A stretch of DNA of 58,651 nucleotides. Source: a bacterium. Lineage in GTDB: Bacteria > Patescibacteriota > Minisyncoccia > JAUYLV01. Below the pieces are notes generated by a model that was not told where the DNA came from, did no database searches, and saw only the letters and a program-made list of their open reading frames with translations. Numbering within the stretch: position 1 is the first letter of the stretch; the number at the start of each line of letters is the position of its first letter. This document shows positions 25,393-36,126 of the stretch, piece after piece. The stretch lies in NCBI GenBank assembly GCA_030649025.1, contig JAUSGO010000002.1, positions 1-58,651 of the forward strand. The letters are read 5' to 3'. A program made the position numbers and the translations under genes.

Positions 25393-25412
25393 GGCTGGGG
25401 GAGGCCCCAGCC
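25393..25412. terminator. bidirectional hairpin between convergent uvrA and the bPH gene
   Basis: GGCTGGGG-gagg-CCCCAGCC with an A-run upstream. Confidence 0.55.
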
Positions 25413-25431
25413 CGTGATATTCTTTCGCTGT

Positions 25432-26049
25432 CTAACCAGCCCGAACTTTGACGAGAAGGCCCTCATGTCCGACGAGTGCGGATTCAATTTCTGCCTTCTT
25501 CTCGTAAGGCCCCTCGATAGCAGGAATCTCCCACTTCTGCTCCTTCGCTTCGGCGTTGGTGAATGTAATCGTAGTGATCTCCAAATCGCCGGTGTTCAAT
25601 AGGCGCCCCATACCCGATTGGCGAACGGTGATGTCGGTGATTCTGTCGAATATCACTTGCGCCGTTTCTTTCGCGAATGGGAATCCAAAGCTTTCACTGA
25701 CCAATTTCTCATGGCGGCCGGCGCTGTTCTTGTGAAGCGTAGTCACTGTTTTCGTGCTGTAGATAGCTGTGCCCAGACCCGAGAGAGCGATGATCCCGAT
25801 GACGACGTACGAGAGGACCATGCCGCCATAACTGAAGACCACTGCTTCTTCATACTCAAATCGGCTTAAGAAATCGAGTTCTTCAAATGCTTTGAAGGAG
25901 TCCACGCCGAGTTTGGCATAGACCGAGTCAATGTAGCCGGAAAGCAGTGTGGCTCCCGTGAGCAGAATGCCAATCCAGACGAGTTCGGCCAAGTATAGAC
26001 CGAGGTATCCCTTCTGAGTGGTTCTCAGGACAGTTGTGTTCGTATTCAT
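25432..26049 (-). CDS. membrane protein with bacterial PH (YdbS/YdbT-like) domain
   Basis: Two TM segments, then ..ITDITVRQSGMGRLLNTGDLEITT.., typical of the bPH_2 pattern. Confidence 0.6.
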   Translation of the reverse strand: MNTNTTVLRTTQKGYLGLYLAELVWIGILLTGATLLSGYIDSVYAKLGVDSFKAFEELDFLSRFEYEEAVVFSYGGMVLSYVVIGIIALSGLGTAIYSTKTVTTLHKNSAGRHEKLVSESFGFPFAKETAQVIFDRITDITVRQSGMGRLLNTGDLEITTITFTNAEAKEQKWEIPAIEGPYEKKAEIESALVGHEGLLVKVRAG

Positions 26050-26144
26050 TGTTAATTCCTCCTCGATTTCGCCTTTATTGAGACTTTTTTAGGAAAGAGC
26101 CAAATTCTTGTTTACTATTTATATTATAGAACTAGCATATAAAT

Positions 26145-27059
26145 ATGTCAAGCGAAATTCTCGCTACGCTCACCTATCACGACATTCTCAACTGCCCCCT
26201 GACTGCGTGGGAAGTTTTTAGGTTGCAAATAGCGGACGAAAGGCACTTCGTTATCAATGACTATGCGGCAACGCTTGAAGAACTTGAACGGCTTAAGACA
26301 GAAGGGAGCATTGGAGAAAAAAATGGGTTTTACTTTTTGAAAGGACGCGAAAGTTTATATGAAGAGAGGATCGAACGCACAAAGACTGCGGAAGAAAAAT
26401 GGCACGAGGTTTTGTGGGTGCTGAAATTATTCCCTTCGGCGCCTTTTGTGCGGAGCGCATTTCTTTCGGGGTCGGTTGCAACGGGAAATGCCACCAAAGG
26501 AAGCGACGTGGATGTCATGGTCGTTGCCGAAAAAGGCCGCATATGGACCGCGCGGCTATTTCTTTCGTTGCTCGTTCTTTCATGCGGTAAACTGCGCGCA
26601 ACCAGACTCTCAAAAAAAACATCCGGCAAGATATGTCTGAATCACTACGTAACGACCATATCGCTTGGACTCAAAGCTCGGGGGCTTTATAATGCCGCGA
26701 CATATGTGCGTATTATTCCCATTTTTAATCCGGAGATGCTTAAAAAATTTTATGATGCGAATCGGTGGATTTTCAGATTTTTCCCAAATGCGTCTGCCGA
26801 GAAATTACATCAAAAAACATTTCCAGAAAACCCGTTTTTTTTGAGGCTGCGATGGCTTGTGGAAGCGCCCTTGCGGGGAAGATTCGGCGACCTAGTCGAA
26901 AGAGGATTATCCTATGTCCAGAAGATCTTCATCCAAAAAAACCCCTTAACGCAAAGCCGTATAGGTAGGATCGTAGCGGAGGACGAAGAGCTCGCTTTTC
27001 ACCCGGATTCCCCGGAACGCGAGATACTTGACAAGTTTACAGGAAAAATGCTACAATAA
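26145..27059 (+). CDS. nucleotidyltransferase (Pol-beta superfamily) domain protein
   Basis: GSVATGNATKGSDVDVMVV matches the hG[GS]x9-13D-x-D NTase signature. 304 aa. Confidence 0.65.
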   Translation: MSSEILATLTYHDILNCPLTAWEVFRLQIADERHFVINDYAATLEELERLKTEGSIGEKNGFYFLKGRESLYEERIERTKTAEEKWHEVLWVLKLFPSAPFVRSAFLSGSVATGNATKGSDVDVMVVAEKGRIWTARLFLSLLVLSCGKLRATRLSKKTSGKICLNHYVTTISLGLKARGLYNAATYVRIIPIFNPEMLKKFYDANRWIFRFFPNASAEKLHQKTFPENPFFLRLRWLVEAPLRGRFGDLVERGLSYVQKIFIQKNPLTQSRIGRIVAEDEELAFHPDSPEREILDKFTGKMLQ

Positions 27060-27122
27060 ATTGTTCGAACTTTGTGTTCGGATAAGTACTTTTAAAAAAA
27101 TCATACTGTCCCGGAGGCTCCT

Positions 27123-28421
27123 ATGGCTAGGATACGTTTGAGGCAGGATACGAGAGATTTAGATGAAGCATTCGCCAAACTCGAAGAGGCTAAAAAGCAA
27201 GAGAAGGCCGAAGAAGAACAGCGCTTCAAGGGAATCACCGTTAAGTTTGTAGAAGCGGTGGAGGCGACGCTTCGGAGACTGGCGAAATTGTCCGAAAGAG
27301 TAGCGCACGAGACTCTTGCGGAATTCAAGAAGATCGCCGATGTCAACGCTATTCCTCAGGAGAATGTGAGGAATTTTCTCGCGCGAGCGGAGGGTCAGGA
27401 AATATTCGGGTTTGAGCTGACCTTTACGGACAAATCGCGCTACCTTCTTTTCTTTCAGCACTGTCGGAATTTTGAAGAACGCCACCCGTTCTCCGCAAAA
27501 ATGATCCAGTATCCGCGCCAGGAACGCGGAACGGAAGGGCATGTCGCCATCAACGCATCACGGGTTTTCTGCTACGGCAATTCACAGAGGGGTATTATCC
27601 GCGTTCTTACGGACGCCTCTTATGGTGAACTTTCGCGCGTGGTCGAAGTCGTGGTGCAGATACGTCTTAAGGGCATCCAGGAAGAAAATTACCTGCGCCA
27701 GGCTCTGCAGATGATCCAGAGAGAAGGGTATTTGGTCGATCCGAGAGAGCGGAAGGGAAAATCGCTGCCCCGATACGATGACCGTGATTTTTTTCAGCGT
27801 AGCGCCTGGGATGACAGCCACGGCGCGGATTACATGCTTCCGTACTGCTCGAAAGACGGCCAGTATCTCGTCATGAAACTTCAATTGAAATCCAATCCCG
27901 ACGACGTCAAAGTCCATGCCAAGCGTTTCGCGACCATTCCGTGCATTGTAAGTCCTCGGGGGCTTTGCAGGAGATATCCAAGGCCCGTTGAAAAAATAAG
28001 TGTCTTGAAGGAGATGACCTTGCTTGCCATGATTGCGAACGCCCAAGGCACCGTTCTTCAGCTTTCCGATGACCCGGTTGCATTGGTCCTGGGCGCTCTT
28101 CTGAAGAAGAACGTTATTTCTCAGGCCGAGAGAGAGGTTTACGAGTGCCGTATGCGCGACCATCATTGGGGGCATAAGCGGTATCTTTTGTACCATATGC
28201 ATTTGTCCAATGGAGAGAAGATCAGCTTTGCGGCCTTTGCAGAAGATTGGAAGGGTCGGCATCGTCTTTTCAATCGCGATCATCCGAATGTGCCATATGT
28301 AGTAATGCAGCCCCTGGAGAGCGAAGAAGCTATCGCGCAGGACCTGGAAGACCAGATCCTACACATGCTTCCTCTCGAGGCCGTACAATCCCAAGAAAAC
28401 ACGTCCCACGTTTCTTCATGA
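27123..28421 (+). CDS. hypothetical protein, no recognisable domain
   Basis: 432-aa ORF with a GGAGG RBS, protein-like composition, and an N-terminal charged coiled-coil-like segment. Confidence 0.6.
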   Translation: MARIRLRQDTRDLDEAFAKLEEAKKQEKAEEEQRFKGITVKFVEAVEATLRRLAKLSERVAHETLAEFKKIADVNAIPQENVRNFLARAEGQEIFGFELTFTDKSRYLLFFQHCRNFEERHPFSAKMIQYPRQERGTEGHVAINASRVFCYGNSQRGIIRVLTDASYGELSRVVEVVVQIRLKGIQEENYLRQALQMIQREGYLVDPRERKGKSLPRYDDRDFFQRSAWDDSHGADYMLPYCSKDGQYLVMKLQLKSNPDDVKVHAKRFATIPCIVSPRGLCRRYPRPVEKISVLKEMTLLAMIANAQGTVLQLSDDPVALVLGALLKKNVISQAEREVYECRMRDHHWGHKRYLLYHMHLSNGEKISFAAFAEDWKGRHRLFNRDHPNVPYVVMQPLESEEAIAQDLEDQILHMLPLEAVQSQENTSHVSS

Positions 28422-28496
28422 GCGTGGGATTTTTTATACCCATATTTTCCACAAAATTTGCACAAATTCTTCCTGGGACGCTTTGTTAAATAGCTG

Positions 28497-28524
28497 TTGA
28501 CAATATCTTCACCATCCTTATAAT
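28497..28524 (+). promoter_or_regulatory. consensus sigma70-type promoter of groESL
   Basis: TTGACA-16 nt-TATAAT. Confidence 0.75.
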
Positions 28525-28535
28525 GCCTTTAGAGA

Positions 28536-28562
28536 TTAGCAGTTAAAGGTCTAGAGTGCTAA
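28536..28562 (+). promoter_or_regulatory. CIRCE operator (HrcA binding site)
   Basis: TTAGCAGTT-N9-GAGTGCTAA versus the consensus TTAGCACTC-N9-GAGTGCTAA, immediately downstream of the promoter. Confidence 0.85.
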
Positions 28563-28686
28563 ATTAGCAATATCACGAATTTACAGATATCACACGAATA
28601 TACAGATTCACGAATGCATGGAGGGGTTACAGTCATTCGTGAATTCGCGTTATTCGCGTGACATTCGTATCATTCGTGATTAGCAG
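28563..28686 (+). repeat. CACGAAT/ATTCGTG hairpin element, copy B (groESL 5' leader)
   Basis: cacgaat x3 (28574, 28593, 28609), then attcgtg/attcgcg x5. The arms are near-identical to the reverse complement of 9945-10056. Bounded by attagca on both sides. Confidence 0.85.
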
Positions 28687-28692
28687 AGCTTT

Positions 28693-28983
28693 ATGCAATT
28701 AAAACCCTTACGCGATTATGTGGTCATCGAGCCCGTCAAGGCAGAGGAGCGCACGAAAAGCGGCATTGTTCTACCCGACACGGCCGACAAGGAAAAGCCG
28801 GAACAGGGCAAGGTGATTGCCGTAGGTTCGGGAAAGGTAACGGACAGCGGACAGAAGATTGCGCCGCAGGTGAAGGTGGGCGACACGGTGCTGTTCACTA
28901 AGTACGGTCCCAACGAGGTCAAGATCGATAAAAAAGAGTACCTCATTTGCAAGGAGGAAGATATTTTAGCAATACTGGAATAA
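28693..28983 (+). CDS. groES: co-chaperonin GroES
   Basis: [24 protein letters not shown].. 96 aa. Confidence 0.95.
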   Translation: MQLKPLRDYVVIEPVKAEERTKSGIVLPDTADKEKPEQGKVIAVGSGKVTDSGQKIAPQVKVGDTVLFTKYGPNEVKIDKKEYLICKEEDILAILE

Positions 28984-29183
28984 CAATGGTGGGCTCCCCC
29001 GCCCAAATTTTGCAAGTAGCGCGTGCGGCAGGCCGCTTCGCGCACCAAGGGATGTGCCTATCCGGCACCCGCGGCCTGCAAGAATTTGTCGGAACAGTCT
29101 TACCAAAAGAAAATTAATGGGTGTATCGGGAGGCAAAATTTGAGCGGGATGCTCATTTTTGCACCTACTCGCTATACTCGTAG

Positions 29184-30848
<1,665 letters not shown>

Positions 30849-30880
30849 ACTCGCTTCCAGAATCTTGCAGATTTATTCAG

Positions 30881-30917
30881 CAAGAACCCTGTCAAAAAAC
30901 AGGGTTCTTGCGTTTTT
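30881..30917 (+). terminator. intrinsic terminator after groEL
   Basis: CAAGAACCCTGTcaaaaaACAGGGTTCTTG followed by cgttttt. Confidence 0.8.
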
Positions 30918-31097
30918 AGTGGAGAAATGTTATTGTAGTGCGTTGGCTTGCTTGATGGAAAATGAGCGAGTTGACCTGTGCTTTTTGGCATAGAACCCGG
31001 CTTGCGCAGCCATAAACAGCGCAACCGACTGCATACCGGCTTTTCGGCGAAAGTTTGCGCGGAAAGAAGGATGATGTAGGAGGGGAAGGAGAGCGCA

Positions 31098-31976
31098 ATG
31101 AGAGCTCTTTGGAAATATAATAGAAAGACAACTCTTCCGTGGGGAGCCGCATGTTTCTTCAGGATCGAAAAGGGCAAGGAAAGTGAAGTCCTGCATGTCT
31201 TTGAGATTCAACACTGCGCCGCATTGGAGTATCATAGTGGCGGAGTTATATCCACCCCGAATGTGGTTCCTGTTGTTTCATGCAATACCTGCAACCAATT
31301 CCATCACGGGATTGAAGTGAGAAGAATCGCAAGGCCTGATATCAATGTAACGCGGATCAGCGTGCAAGATCCTCTGAAGGGCGACACGTTGCTTATTGAG
31401 GTACCGAATCAATCCGGGGGAGTTTTGGGCGCTATCTTCGTATACACCGGCTGGCGGTGGAAGGCTCTCAAAAGTCTGGACAATTTTCACAACAGCTGGG
31501 GAATCCGTGGTTTTCGCTTGTATCTTTATCCGGATTCGAAATCAGCATCCCGTCTAGAGCTGTGGAAGTATGACTCAGGGTTGAGATGGCCGGGGTTTAA
31601 AGAAGAGGAACTCAATACGGAGTTCTCCGAATTGCGGGAACACCGTGTTCCTCGTGGGAAAATCCTGAACTTTGTGGGGGGCGGGGAAAGTTTGGAGTCT
31701 CTTGAAGATTCTGCCATGCACCTTGTCAATGAAAAATTCAGGAAACTCAATGTACGTTTTTATGAATTCCGGAGAGCGGGTATCAATTTTTCGGATGCGA
31801 TTTACGCTTCCCGGTCCTTTTCCAGATCTTCCAAGGTTGAAGTAGTGCGGAAAATATTCGAGCGCGAAGGCCTTGGCATGGAAAGGGCTGCGCGAGGCGG
31901 AGCGCTTGTACCGCTTGCCAAGAAAGATGCAGTGAACGAAGAAAACCCCCAGAATCATTTCATCCGATACTGGTAA
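31098..31976 (+). CDS. hypothetical protein, no recognisable domain
   Basis: 292-aa ORF with a GGAGG-like RBS (aggaggggaaggag) and its own terminator. Confidence 0.55.
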   Translation: MRALWKYNRKTTLPWGAACFFRIEKGKESEVLHVFEIQHCAALEYHSGGVISTPNVVPVVSCNTCNQFHHGIEVRRIARPDINVTRISVQDPLKGDTLLIEVPNQSGGVLGAIFVYTGWRWKALKSLDNFHNSWGIRGFRLYLYPDSKSASRLELWKYDSGLRWPGFKEEELNTEFSELREHRVPRGKILNFVGGGESLESLEDSAMHLVNEKFRKLNVRFYEFRRAGINFSDAIYASRSFSRSSKVEVVRKIFEREGLGMERAARGGALVPLAKKDAVNEENPQNHFIRYW

Positions 31977-31999
31977 TGTGTCGGCAAAAAACAGTACAA

Positions 32000-32033
32000 C
32001 GGTCGCACGCAGCAGTGCGACCGCTTTTATTTT
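32000..32033 (+). terminator. intrinsic terminator
   Basis: GGTCGCAC-gcagca-GTGCGACC followed by gcttttattttt. Confidence 0.75.
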
Positions 32034-32132
32034 TCACTCTGAATGTATCCAAAAGCCATCTTTCTTTTTTAATCATGACTAAATTAGTCAACATTGAAAA
32101 TAGAAGAAGCGGATCCATAGCATCTCCGCTGC

Positions 32133-34067
32133 CTACAACAACTCTCTTGGACGCGTCTCGATCTGCCAGAACGGAGGAATTTCTTCAAGCAATGCAGTCC
32201 TCGTCTCAGACGGCATGCCGGCCGCGAGTTTCAATAAGATCACGAATTTCCACTTGCCACGCTCTTTGGGAATGAACGCGGGGGAAGGACCGAGAAGCTG
32301 GCCTTTCATGTTAAGGCGCTTGCAGGTCTCAACAAGTCCCTTCGCAAGTTTATTTGCTTCATATAATGCGCGCTCGCGATGACTGTGGGCGAACGTAAGT
32401 TTTGCGAGTTCTCCGAATGGAGGATAGGCAAATGTACGCCTACGCGCAAGTTCCTCGTCGAGAAATTTTTCATATTCACCATTTTCTAAAAACTCCAGTA
32501 GCGGCATATTGGCGTCCAGTGTCTGCACGATCATGCGTTCCCGCGTCAAGCTCTTCATTACTTCAAGAAGCCGGAATGTGCGCTCGGCGGCGTCTATCTG
32601 TGGGAATACCAGAGCGCTTTCCGCTCCCAGCACCGCGCTAAGCGCAACATGCGGCAGAAGCTCTTTTTTGAGCATTTGTTGGGTACCAATGAGGATATCT
32701 ATGCCGCCGCTCTTGAACGAAAGAAGGATTTTTTCAAGCTCCTTTTCGGTCTTGACCGAATCGCTATCTACGCGAGCCACGCGTGCTTCAGGAACAAGAT
32801 TCTTCACGTCTTTTTCTATTTGAGCACTTCCTGCTCCCAGGGGAAAAAATTTATAGCTTTGGCATTTTGCGCATTTTGTGGGCGGGCTTTGCGACGCACC
32901 GCAATGATGGCAACGAAGCTCTTGCCGTAAGGAGCTTTCGTGCAGCACCATCGCCGCCTCGCAATTTTTGCATCGCGGAATATAGCCACATGTTCTGCAT
33001 ATGAATGCTGTGGCATTCCCTTTCCGATTAATGAAGACCATGGCTTGTTTGCGCGTATGTGGGTCCTGCGAAGGCTCAAAAAGACGCTCACCGCGGATGA
33101 CGCGACGAAGCTCTTCTCTAAGGCGTAGCGTCAGCGGATGGCGCGAACTCCAATGGGTTTGATGGCGCAGATCGATGATCTCTAGGTGCGTGTTTTGCAA
33201 AAGAGGAGATTTCGTCATTATTCTCTTGATGTTTTGTCCTTTCACGCGATCCCAGAGCATTACGGGAGAAAGCGCGTCTCCAAAGATAAGACGGGCAGCA
33301 TGCAGACGGGCAAGTTTTTCTGCGCATTCCAAGGCGTTGTATTTGGGTACCCTTCCCCAGGCCTCATAGCTTTGGCTCGAAGCCTTTTCTATCACAACAA
33401 GACCAAGATGCCGCCAGGGCAGAAAAAGCAGCGAGCGCATTCCGATGAAGATGGCGGGTTTTTGGGGATTATGCAATGAAGCGTGAATGCGCTCCAAGGA
33501 TTTTTTACCGGCTTTTTTTACATAAAGCACGATTTCTGCGTCTTGTTCGCTCTTCTGCAGTTTTTGGAACATCTCCATTGCGGCGTAAATGTCCGGACAA
33601 AGCAGACAAATATGTTTTTTTTGCTTCAGCGCTTCTTTGAGATGCGGCAGATATATTTCCATCCGTTCTTCTCCTTCAATAAAAAGATCGGTTTCGGGCG
33701 TATGGCGCTTATCCTGTTCGGTCCAGCCTGAAGGCGTTGTGCAAGGCTGTCCAAGCGCAAGCGCGCTTCCCATCGGCGCCCAGTACGTTTCCGACATCCA
33801 GGAAAAAAGCTCAAGTTGTTCGGGGGTATACGCGGGAATATCGGAGATGATTTTCTTTATGCTTTTGACGGTGAATGCGCTTTTCCGGATTTCGAGCCTT
33901 GAGCCGCTCACCGGGCGCGTTGAGATAACCACGCCCCTTACAACACGCCTTCCTATGGGTATTTCCACAAGCGCTCCCTGCGGCAGTTGGCGCGGCAGAA
34001 AGTATGAAAATACTTGCGGCTGTGAGCGAGGAATTTTAGCGAACGGGACAATATCGGCGATATACAT
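32133..34067 (-). CDS. priA: primosomal protein N' (PriA) homologue with degenerate ATPase motifs
   Basis: Cys-rich region CRTCGYIPRCKNCEAAMVLH..CHHCG..CAKCQS and overall PriA collinearity. The Walker A and DExH positions are not conserved. Confidence 0.8.
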   Translation of the reverse strand: MYIADIVPFAKIPRSQPQVFSYFLPRQLPQGALVEIPIGRRVVRGVVISTRPVSGSRLEIRKSAFTVKSIKKIISDIPAYTPEQLELFSWMSETYWAPMGSALALGQPCTTPSGWTEQDKRHTPETDLFIEGEERMEIYLPHLKEALKQKKHICLLCPDIYAAMEMFQKLQKSEQDAEIVLYVKKAGKKSLERIHASLHNPQKPAIFIGMRSLLFLPWRHLGLVVIEKASSQSYEAWGRVPKYNALECAEKLARLHAARLIFGDALSPVMLWDRVKGQNIKRIMTKSPLLQNTHLEIIDLRHQTHWSSRHPLTLRLREELRRVIRGERLFEPSQDPHTRKQAMVFINRKGNATAFICRTCGYIPRCKNCEAAMVLHESSLRQELRCHHCGASQSPPTKCAKCQSYKFFPLGAGSAQIEKDVKNLVPEARVARVDSDSVKTEKELEKILLSFKSGGIDILIGTQQMLKKELLPHVALSAVLGAESALVFPQIDAAERTFRLLEVMKSLTRERMIVQTLDANMPLLEFLENGEYEKFLDEELARRRTFAYPPFGELAKLTFAHSHRERALYEANKLAKGLVETCKRLNMKGQLLGPSPAFIPKERGKWKFVILLKLAAGMPSETRTALLEEIPPFWQIETRPRELL

Positions 34068-34122
34068 GTTCCCATTCTAACATCCTCTTGTTTGAAGTTC
34101 TACTGGCGAGTATACTTTTTAC

Positions 34123-34752
34123 ATGAAAGGGCATCGTCTTTTCATCGCTATTAACATTCCGCCCGAAGTCCGGGAAATGTTGCGCAAGGAAACCGAGACA
34201 TGGCGCGATCTTCCCATTCGCTGGGTGAGCGAAGAAAATATCCATATTACCCTTCTCTTTATTGGCGCGGCAGATGACGAGGAGATGAGCCGCATTGCAA
34301 CGGTTTTGCCAATGGCGACAGAAGGCATTGAATCGTTCGATATCACACTCGATCGCATCGGTATCGGCCCAACCCCCAAAACCCCTCGTATGGTGTGGGC
34401 AGAAGGGGAAGTGTCTGTAGAACTCACTGCGCTTCAAAGAAAAGTTCGCGAGTGCGTGTTCCCGGAAGGCAGGTATATTCAAGAAGCAGAGGAGGCTGAA
34501 TATCCAATATCTCCCTCGGGAATACTCGGGACAGGCAATACCAAATCTCCAATGACAGACAAGAAGCCGTTTAAACTTCACGTGACGCTCGGGCGTATGA
34601 TTCCCTTCCGATGGAAGCAACTTGGGTCCGGCGCTCCGCATATTGAAAAAACTCTTGACATCTCATTTCCAGTCCATTCGATAGAACTTATGGAAAGCGA
34701 ACCGGGCCCAAAGGGCCCGACGTATACGGTGCTATCTTCGGCAGGACTATGA
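34123..34752 (+). CDS. thpR: RNA 2',3'-cyclic phosphodiesterase (2H phosphoesterase, ThpR/LigT family)
   Basis: Two H-x-T motifs, HITLLFIG and HVTLGRM. Confidence 0.8.
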   Translation: MKGHRLFIAINIPPEVREMLRKETETWRDLPIRWVSEENIHITLLFIGAADDEEMSRIATVLPMATEGIESFDITLDRIGIGPTPKTPRMVWAEGEVSVELTALQRKVRECVFPEGRYIQEAEEAEYPISPSGILGTGNTKSPMTDKKPFKLHVTLGRMIPFRWKQLGSGAPHIEKTLDISFPVHSIELMESEPGPKGPTYTVLSSAGL

Positions 34753-35471
34753 AGCGCGTTACAATATGTAAAGTTCCGGTTGATGCTGTCTCGAGAGCCG
34801 AAGCATTGGAAAGGTGCCGGGAGTTTTTATACGATGGGAAACAACATCGGGTCGCAACGATCAATCCCGAATTTATCGTCGAAGCGCAAAATAATTCCGA
34901 ATTCCGCAAAACGCTACAAAAAAGCGATCTTGCGCTGGCAGATGGCATCGGCGTTTCTTTTGCCGCAAGACATCTGCATGGTCTAGGGATTGAGCGCATA
35001 CCCGGCGTTGATTTCTTGTTTGATTTGTGCGAACTTGCAGCAAAGGAGCACGCGACCGTTTTTTTTCTTGGCGGCAGGGGAGGAGTCGCCCGAAGGACGG
35101 CAGAATTGCTCCGAGAACGTATCCCGAACCTTCAAGTTGGGGGATGGAACGAAGAGGTTGAAAAGATCACTAACATAGATGCCGACATACTTTTTGTAGC
35201 GCTTGGGTCTCCGAAACAGGAACTCTGGATTGTTCAAAATCTTGCGAAGCTCCCAAGAGTGAAAATCGCGATGGGGGTCGGGGGAGCGTTTGATATAATT
35301 TCTGGAAAAATAAAAAGAGCTCCCCTGATACTTCGGACGCTCGGACTGGAGTGGCTTTGGCGGTTTATAAAAGAACCTTGGCGGCTCGGACGTATTTGTA
35401 AAGCTGTTTTTCTTTTTTCCTCTCTTATTCTTAAAGAAAAAAGCCGAGGGATGAATTCCTCAGCCGGATGA
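34749..35471 (+). CDS. WecB/TagA/CpsF family glycosyltransferase
   Basis: VATINPEFIVEA.., LADGIGV, FFLGG, GSPKQELWI, MGVGGAFD, GLEWLWR. ATGA overlap with thpR. Confidence 0.85.
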   Translation: MKRVTICKVPVDAVSRAEALERCREFLYDGKQHRVATINPEFIVEAQNNSEFRKTLQKSDLALADGIGVSFAARHLHGLGIERIPGVDFLFDLCELAAKEHATVFFLGGRGGVARRTAELLRERIPNLQVGGWNEEVEKITNIDADILFVALGSPKQELWIVQNLAKLPRVKIAMGVGGAFDIISGKIKRAPLILRTLGLEWLWRFIKEPWRLGRICKAVFLFSSLILKEKSRGMNSSAG

Positions 35472-36077
35472 AGGCATTGCCCGTATAAGACGAATGCGCT
35501 TGTCGAGTTCTTCTACCGCTTGCACATCATTCTCGCGTTCAATCTGGGCTCGGACTCTTTTAAGGGAAGCAAGAATCGTTTCTTTTCCCACATGTTCGGC
35601 CGCGACCGCATCAGCGGCGCATTCTTCACAAAGGAACCTAACCCATGCGTAGAGGAAGTAATGGAGGACGGCATAAATGCGATAACGGCGCTTAAAGTGC
35701 GCCAGTTCATGACCTACGATGCCTTCCAGCTCCCGATCGGTAAAATCCTCCACCTCCTTGCCGAATAAAAGAATGGGTATCGGGGAGAGAATCGAATATC
35801 CGATCGCTGCGTAATCGGCCGCATCATCATTCGTTATGATCAACGGTTGCGGCATATGATATTTCTTGGAAACACGAAGCGTTATCTCGCTAAATCTCTG
35901 AAACACGAATAGTTCGTTCTTGGCGCCTTGACCCTGCCGATACCGGTTCAGAGCCACCGAACCTCTTGTGCGCTGGCGAATATATTGGGTCTGGCGCTTG
36001 ATTAAGACTGCAGCGGCTGCCGAAGCAAGAGCAGCAACGAATCCTCCAAAGAGAAACCCAATATAGGTGAGTAACAT
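35460..36077 (-). CDS. membrane Zn-metalloprotease-like protein (HExxH, M48/M56-like)
   Basis: N-terminal TM plus GIVGHELAHFKRRY. Confidence 0.55.
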   Translation of the reverse strand: MLLTYIGFLFGGFVAALASAAAAVLIKRQTQYIRQRTRGSVALNRYRQGQGAKNELFVFQRFSEITLRVSKKYHMPQPLIITNDDAADYAAIGYSILSPIPILLFGKEVEDFTDRELEGIVGHELAHFKRRYRIYAVLHYFLYAWVRFLCEECAADAVAAEHVGKETILASLKRVRAQIERENDVQAVEELDKRIRLIRAMPSSG

Positions 36078-36126
36078 GCTTCTCTCCCTCCGATGTATGT
36101 TATGTTAATGTACGACTTTTTATTAT

